NCBI GenBank assembly: GCA_004431415.1
Contig: QPMI01000599.1
Location: forward strand, 124,001 to 188,000
From: Cyanophora paradoxa CCMP329
Lineage: Eukaryota; Plantae; Glaucophyta
Direction of reading: 5' to 3'
DNA: 64,000 nucleotides
The notes under the pieces were generated by a model. The model saw only the letters and a list, made by a program, of their open reading frames with translations, did no database searches and was not told the DNA's origin. This document shows positions 33,877-42,790 of the stretch, piece after piece (the stretch's first letter is position 1; each line of letters begins with the position of its first letter). A program made the translations under genes and the position numbers.

Positions 33877-33981
33877 CTTGATCTCCTTTGAATATAGTAG
33901 AGAAAATAATCTTTAAGTAGTAACTATACCAGCACTTAAAGAAATAAAATGTTCCCTATATAGAATACAGCCCCCACAACC

Positions 33982-36900
33982 ATGCCCCGCCCCAGCCACT
34001 ACCAAATTAAGGAGCTCCAGGACAAGATTCTCGGGAATCTGGCGTTCTTACTGGCCAATCACTCCATCAGTGAAAGTGAATATGAATCTTATATTAAACA
34101 GACCAACAAGAAGCTCAAGGGGCTTCAAGCTCTCAATCGAGAGCTATTAGGGAAAATCGAGACCCTTGATGAGACTGATCGCCTTGGCCAAATCCAAGTC
34201 GAACAAACTACCACAACTCAAGTCAGAGGAGATGAATACACTACCTTAATAAATGAACATCGTGCTCTTAATAATAAATACATTGATTTTACCATCAGGG
34301 CTCACCACCAGATCCTGACCACTCAAGAGTTTATAGACACCTACTCTGAGGAACTCCACACAAGGCTCCAAGATGCCATCAATTCACAGATGTCGATTAA
34401 AACTCGCTTTACGTTTGTCTGTCGCTTTTCAAAAGCAAACAATTCGAGAGACTTTATTACCAAGCACATTTACAGCACCTATGCTATCATGACAAGATCT
34501 CGAACCCTCACTAAAGAAACTGCGAAATTGGCTAAGGAATGCCAGTCGCAAATTAATGTCACAGACAGCTATAAACTCCAAAGCATTGAGGCTTTGAGAG
34601 TGATTGTTCTGTCCTTTAAACCCATCTCAGGAGGTGCTTTTATCCCACTCCCAGAGTGGCTCAAAAATAAACGAGCCATTGTCAATGTTAATAACAAGGA
34701 CAATAGATGCTTTGAGTATGCTATCCTTTCTTATATTCACAAGGACGAAGTAAATAGCCACAAGCGCAATGAGACTTCCCAATACAGGAGGTGGTTCAAA
34801 AAAGAACTAAATTTCGAGGGCATTGAGTTTCCTGTAAAGGCAGATGCTGATACTATTGATCTCTTTGAAAATCTCAATCCAGCAATCTCTGTTAATATTT
34901 ACGACCCCTCTAACTCTACAGAAGAAATTAATCTACTCCACAACAGCTCCTCAAGGAACAGGAAACACCAAGTGGATCTGCTGCTAATTACAGACGAAAA
35001 TGGTAACAGTCATTATACCACAATATTCAGCATGTCCAGAGTCTTAGCTAAAAATGATAAGCAGCGACTCCATTTCTGTAAAACCTGTTCCAACCACTTC
35101 AAGACTGAGGAGAAGCTTCAATCCCACATTCAAAGCAAACGTTGTGTGGATTGGAAGACAAGTGCTGGAGAGACCCCAAAACAACCCACATTCATTGAAT
35201 TTGGTCTTAAACATCTCTCAAAGACTGTATTCCTCCCCGTGATTGCCTATTGCTATTTCGATTATGAAACAGATATTTCTGGTATGTTCAAGATCAAATC
35301 AATCTCACTGACAGCTCTTCATAATAATAGAGTAGTACTCACTAAAACCCACTCCAACATCTTTGAGCTCCTGAGTACCCTCGACAGCACAGCCCAGAGC
35401 TATTCAAAGCCCTATTTACCAACATCCCAATGTCACTGACCAAAGAGCAGAAACGTACCCATTACCTTGCTAAAACCTGCTACATCTGTGAGGGTACGTT
35501 TTCCCAAGACAACTATAAAGTGAGGGATCACGACCACCAAACTGGCGATTTTGTAGGCACAGCATGTCGCAAATGTAATCTCCACAGACGCACCAGCAAT
35601 CTCACCAAGATTCCCATAGTGACCAATGATCTGTCCCTATCTGGAACGCAGATATTCAAGGCAGTCGCCTTAAATCCCGAAAAAAGGGTGGAAGTCCTCG
35701 CAAAATCGTTTGACAGCTACATGTCGATCACCTGGGGCTGTTTCAAATTCATTGACATCAAAAACTTTATTGATTATGGCGTCCAGAACGTGGAAGGATT
35801 AATGGAAAAGTTCCAGCTTTTCCGCCAGAAATCACACAAAACTTTTGGGATGGATGCTGCCCACTATGTCTCAAGTCCGGGGCTTTCGTGGGACAGCATG
35901 CTATCTATTACCAAGCCTAAAATCGAGCTTCTTTCCAACCTTGATATGTACAACATGGTTGAAGGCATGATCAGGGGAGGCCTTTCGATTATGAATCATA
36001 AATATGCCAAAAAGGAAAGGGACAGACACATTATATATTTGGATGCCAATAACCTATATGGATATGCCCTGTCCCAAACGCTACCCCTCTCGAATTTCCA
36101 ATGGCACCCAGAACCCTCAAATTACGACCTGTCATCAGCAGAGGGGGCCATCTTAGAAGTTGACATCCATTATCCCCAGCACCTCCATCAACTCCACAAA
36201 GAGCTACCTCTTGTCATCAAGAGAGCAGAGGATGGACTTCAAGCAGCCTGCGAAGACATTTGTAATTATGTGGTGTCGAAACCTTTGCTCCAATTCATGG
36301 TAGCGCAAGGCTTAAAGGTCACCAAAATCCACAGGGTGCTAACATTTACTCAGGCTGCCTTTATGAAGCCTTACGTCGAATCCAATGCCCAAAACCGCAA
36401 AGCAGCCCCTTCCAAACCCGAAAAGGACTTCTTTAAGATCATGAACAATAGCCTTTTTGGCAAAACCATTGAGAAAGTGAGAGGAAGGTCTAATGTCAAG
36501 ATTGCCACCAACGAAAAGCAATTTATGAAATACGCCAGATCGCCCTACTCAAAGCAGAAACAAGACTAAGCGATTCAGCAGTAGCCTTCGAAATGCTACA
36601 AAAAGATGTCAAGTTAGATAAGCCCATAGCAATTGGGGCAGTTGTTTTAGATCTTGCCAAGCTGCGCCTATTTGATTATTATTATAACACCATCAAGCGG
36701 AAATGGCCAGACTGTAAACTGCTTTTTACTGATACAGATTCGCTTTGCCTTCAAATAAATTCGAAAACTATAGCAAAAGACCTACAAGACATTGACACAC
36801 ACCCCACAGAGCTTGGAAAGTTCAAAAATGAGTTTGAGGGCAGAACCATTATTGAATATGCTGGGGTAAGGCCGAAATGCTACAGCATTAAAACAGATGA

Positions 36901-37075
36901 TGAGGAAATAAAAAAGCTGGCAGGTGTTTGTAAGGAGACCATTCAAGCAGATCTGTCTTTCCAAGATTATAAAGACCATGTGCTCCACCAAAAACCCAAG
37001 CAAATCGAGATGACTGTTCAAAAGAAGCTTGATAATGAGACGTTTAATGTGAAGATGTCCAAGATTGCTTTCTAA
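33982..37075 (+). CDS. polB: Maverick/Polinton-type family B DNA polymerase polyprotein (vOTU-like, C2H2 finger, EndoVII-like insert, PolB); frameshifts near 35420 and 36548
   Basis: FIPLPEWLKNKRAIVNVNNKDNRCF...SHY; CKTCSNHF...H; CYIC...VRDHDHQTG...CRKCNL; IRGG; YLDANNLYG; KIMNNSLFGK; FTDTDS; GKFKNE; RPKCYS. Confidence 0.92.
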
Positions 37076-37086
37076 TCCCAATATAG

Positions 37087-38454
37087 ATGTCATCAAAGAT
37101 CACACGCAGACAAACAGAGTACGATGTGAGTATATTGCCAATCCCAATCCCTCAAGAGGAGAGAGGGGGTCGCATTCAGAAAAAGAGTGACCTCAAAGCT
37201 TTAGTTCCTGCGGATATCCCAACTGCCATTGCTGTGCCTCACTTGGATCCCTTAGCAAGGACATTCTATGACACCAAGGTAGGATTTAAAGGCCTTGCTT
37301 CATTGGCCAAAGAGCTTCCAGATGTGCCAAGAAAGACAATCCGTAGATTCTATGATGCCCAAGAAATCAACCAGATAAATAAACCCCTCCCATCTGCCAA
37401 GAAGACTGCCTATATCCCAATAAGACAGCCACTCGACTGCTATGCCATAGACCTAATCTTTTATCCTTCGTACAGCAAACAGAATCAAGGCTACAACACG
37501 TTCCTCACAGCTGTAGAAAATACCACCAGACTGGGCTTTATAATTCCCATGAGGGGAAAGACAGCAGAAAGCACATTGAACGCATTTAAGGAGCTTGAGC
37601 AACAAGTCCCTCGTCCAATTGTGAAGATACAAAGTGATGCTGGGAGCGAATTCCTGAACAAGGTATTTAAAGACCATTTAGAAACCCAGATGATTGAGCA
37701 CCAAGTTTCGCAGGTTGGAGATCACAATAGCCAAGGCCGAATAGAAGCCTTTAATCGCACAATAAAGAAGCTAATTAACTCGTATTGTATAGCGAATAAT
37801 ACTGTAAAGTTTTTCGACAAGCTCCAAGATTTTGCCTACAACTACAATAATACCATCCACTCAGCAACGGGGATGAAACCAGCAGAGACCACAGAGGTAC
37901 ATGTTCCTCTAATACTCGGAAAAGAAAACGAGAAATTCATGAAGTCAATTGAATATCTAAAAGACTATCCAGCAGGGAGCCACGTGAGAACTAAAATAGA
38001 GAAGAGCCCATTTGCCAAACAAGGGAATAATTGGAGCCGCGAAATATTCACAATAGAAGGAGTGGAGGGGTTCAAATTTAAACTAAGGGACATTTCTGGC
38101 AAACTAATAGATCGACTTTATGCCCACTACGAATTACAGAAAGTGGAAACCGTGGAGTTCTTGGAGGCGCCATCAATAAATGTCATTGAAGAGGCAAAGA
38201 AAGAGGCCAGAACAGAGCGACTTTTGGCCAGAGAGGGGATTGAGAGGGCGCCAAACGTGCCAGATAAACCATTATTGGAGGACAGAGCAGGGAAGAAGAA
38301 GAAACAAGGGAGAGAGTTGGAGAGATTGAGGGTGGCGGGAACAGAGAGATTAGCAGGGGGAGCAGAGGCAGTAAGGTGGTATAGAGATTTCTCGAATTCA
38401 AAGGAGACCTATGAAGCTCCAGCAATTTCCACGAGATCAAGGAGGAGGATTTGA
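37087..38454 (+). CDS. Retroviral-like (rve, DDE) integrase of Polinton type
   Basis: YAIDL (D), IQSDAGSEF (D), IEAFNRTIK (E), YNNTIHSATGMKP and FAKQGNNWSREIF. Intact, 455 aa. Confidence 0.93.
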   Translation: MSSKITRRQTEYDVSILPIPIPQEERGGRIQKKSDLKALVPADIPTAIAVPHLDPLARTFYDTKVGFKGLASLAKELPDVPRKTIRRFYDAQEINQINKPLPSAKKTAYIPIRQPLDCYAIDLIFYPSYSKQNQGYNTFLTAVENTTRLGFIIPMRGKTAESTLNAFKELEQQVPRPIVKIQSDAGSEFLNKVFKDHLETQMIEHQVSQVGDHNSQGRIEAFNRTIKKLINSYCIANNTVKFFDKLQDFAYNYNNTIHSATGMKPAETTEVHVPLILGKENEKFMKSIEYLKDYPAGSHVRTKIEKSPFAKQGNNWSREIFTIEGVEGFKFKLRDISGKLIDRLYAHYELQKVETVEFLEAPSINVIEEAKKEARTERLLAREGIERAPNVPDKPLLEDRAGKKKKQGRELERLRVAGTERLAGGAEAVRWYRDFSNSKETYEAPAISTRSRRRI

Positions 38455-38464
38455 GCAGAGAGGA

Positions 38465-38768
38465 GGATGGGGGGATGAGGGGATGGGAAACCCATCCCCT
38501 TGTACTCGAATAGAAAATTTCAAAAAACAAAAACAAAATTTGTTTTCTGAGAAAAGTCCCATCCCCCTGACTGAGTCCCATCCCCCTCCCATCCCCCTGA
38601 CCAGATATCGTCACAAATCAACCAAATTTCATACATTTTCCCATCCCCCTGCCATCCCCTCTGCCATCCCTCCCATCCCCTGCCATCCCCTCCGCCATCC
38701 ATCCCATCCCCCTGCCATCCCCTCAAACCACCCTTTTACCAGACACTCCCATTCCCCTTCCATCCCCT
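38465..38768. repeat. GGGGATG / CATCCCC iteron-like repeat cluster
   Basis: Three GGATG-type units followed by more than 10 CATCCC(C) units directly after the integrase stop. Confidence 0.8.
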
Positions 38769-38842
38769 GACTATTCAAGATATCTCTTTAAGAGAAAACG
38801 TAAAGAAATGAAGAGATGGTTGGCAGTCTTAATTATGGATAG

Positions 38843-38935
38843 AGGCAGGAGAGGCAGGAGGGTTATATGTAAAATCCCACACAAGAGGGGAATCCATAGG
38901 AAAGTTTACAAATAACCCTCCTGCCTCTCCTGCCT
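38843..38935. repeat. Right subterminal iteron-like palindromic cassette
   Basis: Perfect 24-bp arms AGGCAGGAGAGGCAGGAGGGTTAT / ATAACCCTCCTGCCTCTCCTGCCT. The core is homologous to that of the left cassette. Confidence 0.88.
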
Positions 38936-38983
38936 AATTGGTGCCGAATCCAAGCTTCTAATACCCCAGAGGCGGCCAACATA

Positions 38984-39070
38984 CTGGTGCCAAAAAGACA
39001 TGATTAATACCCTAAGACCTGAAATAAATGCTTACTACCCTAGTACCTGAAACGCGCACACATAGGGATA
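38984..39070 (-). repeat. Right terminal inverted repeat (87 bp)
   Basis: Reverse complement of 11890-11976, 80/87 identical. Confidence 0.95.
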
Positions 39071-39133
39071 CCCCTGATCCAAGCCTGTAGGCCGAAGGCC
39101 GGAGGGCTTGGATCAGGGGTATCCCTATGTGTG
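39057..39133. repeat. Right terminal hairpin
   Basis: 29-bp perfect stem CACACATAGGGATACCCCTGATCCAAGCC / GGCTTGGATCAGGGGTATCCCTATGTGTG enclosing TGTA-GGCC-GAA-GGCC-GGAG. Confidence 0.95.
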
Positions 39134-39222
39134 AAGGAAGCGGTCGTCAATTCTCATGCGCAGCTGCAGCTGCAGACGTCGACGTCGGCGATATCCGTAC
39201 CTTCAATACTTGCGGAGATCGA
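39132..39222 (+). repeat. Right copy of 91-bp target-site duplication
   Basis: Identical to 11750-11840. Confidence 0.95.
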
Positions 39223-42200
39223 AAGAGCGGCCGCAGAAACCGAGCGTATTACGGCGTCTCTTCGGGATGATATTTTTACTGTCGTTTGCTTTGGGCGCTT
39301 CAAGTCTGGAAAGTCGACCTTGCTCGATGCGCTCGTCGGCTGGGACGTGCTTCCATGGTACGGGCTAGCAAGCTCAATCGAATGTTATAATTTACACGGT
39401 TGTAATGCGTTTTCGTAGGGGAACTGAGGCAGAAACAGCAGTGCCAGTTTGCTTGCAACACGATCCTGATGCTCGCGATCATGATCAGAACCCCACTTGC
39501 ATCCTCGACTCGCTTTCCGTCGACGTCGAAGTAAGAGCGGTCGCGGGTGGCCCAATGGTGCAAGTGGCGGCAAATAGTTCCTCGAAGGGCATGGACAGCG
39601 TTCGCGAGCGGCTTCATGCGGCAAACGTCCTTGCTCGTGAGGACGCCGCGAGTGCCCAACAGCTGGGTTCTCATGGTGAGATCCATTGATACAGAACCTC
39701 ACCTTTCTATTATATATATATTCATGTTGTTCCATATGAACGTTACTGATACAGAATATTAATTTGAATGCAGATGGCGCTGTCGTCCGCGCCCCTCTCA
39801 GTCTTCTTTGTACCGGCAGACCGGCCGCGGATTCTGCTGCAGCAGCGATCGGATTGAAGTTCCGCTTTCTGGATCTGCCTGGTATGTATATACGTAGCAG
39901 TATTGATGATTCCGAAATACTTCGATCATATATCATGAAATATTAAGACGGAATTATCTGTAGGAATGGGAGAAGTAAATGGTGATCATCTTGAGGAAGC
40001 AGCGAAACGTGCCGTGAGCTCGGCGAATTTCTTGATCTTCGTTGTGGACTTCACGCGGATGGCTGAGCGAGAAGACTTCGATTCGCTCAAAAAGTTGGCT
40101 GGCCTCGTCCGCGGGAGTCTAGAGGAACAAGCACGTGAACACGGGCGACCCGATCTTTTCTCGACTGTCCCTCCTCGCGTTTTGTTCGTTATTAATAAGG
40201 TAAAGGTCTAGAGATCTTTGATCTAAGCTTAGAGTTTGCGTGCGCGCGGTTTCATTTGCATATACCCATGTATACGGTGCAGATTGACGAGTATCAGAGG
40301 GACTCGCGTGGAGTTTCTCCAAGCGAAGCCCCAGCTTACTTAGTGGGCAAGATGGAAGATACGGTAATCGAGCGATTCTCGTTTTGATTTGTTTAATTTC
40401 GAGCGCCCTCGTCAACGAGCGAGCGAGTGCGCTTTTTTAATTCCGCGAATTCGAACAGCTGCAGGTCAATCTGCCCACGTCGTGCTTTGTCCGTGTGAGC
40501 GCACGCGAAGGGCTCCGCGCACGTCTGGCCTTGCTTGGACGCGCTCGGAGGGAGGTGCTCGAAGCGCTTCAGCCTGGACTCGCTTCAGCGCCACAAGCGC
40601 TCCAGCGAGAAGTTGCAGAAACAGCGCTAAAGGAGGTGTCTATGTATTTTTTATTACATATATACGCGAACTGAACTGACCATATTATATACGCGTGCGA
40701 TCAGAGTAACATTGAGGAGATTGAGCTCCGCATCCGCAAGCTCTATGAATCTGCAGGGCCCGAGCTTTACCTGTCCAACAGGAACCGTCTCGATCAGACT
40801 TTCAGCACTCTGGATGGCGCAATGAACAGCATCCATGCTGCTCTTGAGCGCGAGAGGGTTTCGATGGTCCAGCAGCTTGCGAAATGCTCTTCTGATCACG
40901 AGCGTTGGCAGAAGCTTCTTCAAGGTTCGCGATCATTGATTTCTATAAGGTTGGAATATTCATCTCCAGATGTGAAACACAAGCTCAGATGCAAATCAGG
41001 GGGCTTCTCTGTTCGACTGGAGAGCAACGGAAGCGACAACTAGATGGTGGCAGGAGCAAGGCATGTCCATCGTCGACCAGAAAATAACGGGAGTACAGCA
41101 GGCTCTCTATGCTATGCTCTCAGGAATTCCTGCAGAGCGCACACCTGCTTGTTATGCGCTCGTGACCCAAGAGGCCGTGAAGCGATTTAACGAGGCTGTC
41201 GAACGAGTCGATGCTCACACCGCCCGCCCAGCTTCAACAGAATCCGCGGCTGCAGCCGAGCGAGATGCTGTCCTGCACGAAGCGTTCCAATACTGCAAGC
41301 AGGAGATGCACCACATTATGGAAGCCACACTGCAGTGGCTGACATTGCGATTGATGGGTCCAGTAAAAGACGAGATTGTCCGAAAATTGGACGAAGCACT
41401 TCGAATTTTGTTTCGCGGTCTGTTTCTTGATCTTCATACTACCGATTATATATAAATTATTCAAATGAGATCTATACATGGCAGATCTCCGCGGCGTTGA
41501 CCATGGAGGGAGCTCCAGCTCATCGTCGACTAACCAGCTGCACGGAACCGATCGCGATGCAAGCTTGAGCTTAAATGATCGTCGTCTGATGCCTCGAGCT
41601 GGCCATGCATATGGGCCGGCGCATGCGCAGTCGGAGACTGAGGATGCGGCCTCGCGTTCAGACTCGAGCTCGGAGCTGAGCGCGCCGTATTCAGGCGCCT
41701 CGAATTCAAATGCAGCACGAGCGATCACCACGTATGCGGAACCAGCGCCAGCACTGGAACTTCCGGGTCCCAATCTTGACATCGTTATCGACCTTGCACC
41801 TTCCACCTGCATTCTGAGGGTCGAGCGCCAAGAGCCACGAACGGAAATGCGCGATGAAACCGAGACGTACACATACTACGTTGATGTGCCTTACGAGGAA
41901 ATGGTTCCTTACAAGGAAACTGCCAACGACGATGTGCGTTCATTTTTCGTATCGTCGACATAGATCATGATCAGCTGCAGGGCATCTTATTTATTCTAAT
42001 CAATGTTTGCTTCAGGACAAAATCATGTTCTTGATGATGGCAGGAGTCCCTCCGTTCTTTATTATGATGAACCCCCCTACGAAGACGGTGCCCGATTGCA
42101 AAATTGATCATGAAAATTCCATACATGTCCATATTTGATTATGCTAAACCAAAACAGGTCACCAAAACAAGGCGGGAGACTCGAACACGCCGAGAGCTGC

Positions 42201-42562
42201 GACAGGACACGCGACCGACGAGACGCGAGGTGGTCGTTCACGACAAGATAACTGCTTTCAGCGTGGACTGTCCCGGGCTCGCTGCTCATATAAAAAGCAT
42301 TCAGGATGTCGCCAAAGCCTTCCAGGGCGCGCGCAGCGACATCGCAGAGGCACTACGCACGGAACAGTTCGTCGCCGAGATCCACCGGCTGGTCGCGAAC
42401 GCCATCCGCATCCAGCCTGCGCTGGAACACGGACTGCGTGACATTGAAGAGAATCGGCGTACAGTGCAGACACGCCACACACAGATTCTTACGAAGCTGC
42501 GGGATGTACAGAGATGCATTCATGAAGTGCGGCAGGCATTTGCGGCTCTGGATCCTCTGTAG
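39134..42562 (+). CDS. Dynamin-like GTPase (bacterial DLP/mitofusin-like Dynamin_N), 3' part of the interrupted host gene, multi-exon
   Basis: G1 VVCFGRFKSGKSTLLDALVG..VLP, G2 AETAVP, G3 FLDLPG, ANFLIFVVD, G4 LFVINKV, followed by helical/coiled-coil exons. Stop TAG at 42560-42562. Confidence 0.85.
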
Positions 42563-42790
42563 CAGTTGCAGTTGAAAAGCTCGAATTCGAATTCGAACTT
42601 CAGATCTATTCAGATCTTTCTTCCTCTATATGTATATATACGCAGACTTTTGAAATTGTTGATTGCAATTGGTCTCCATGATCACGTCCATCGCGATCGA
42701 GATCTGGCTATCGATAGTCACAACTGATATCCCAGTTCACCAGTTCGAATTCCGGGATTCAGTTCCGGAACCTGTACATACGTAGCTTAA

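Larger units (their letters stand above)
11841..39131. mobile_element. Endogenous Polinton/Maverick-like (PLV-type) DNA virus, 27.3 kb, with hairpin termini
   Basis: Sharp switch to AT-rich, intronless, gene-dense DNA. Terminal inverted repeats and a flanking direct duplication. Encodes MCP, pentons, packaging ATPase, PolB, rve integrase and primase-helicase. Confidence 0.95.

Noticed and set aside
12098-37075. Programmed ribosomal frameshifting
   Set aside because: The sites are too many and scattered with no shared slippery motif. The duplicate module shows a simple 1-G loss.
11841-39131. Bacterial or phage contamination
   Set aside because: The gene set is that of eukaryotic Polinton-like viruses, and both junctions fall in one host exon with a duplication. 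Read-level confirmation is still advisable.
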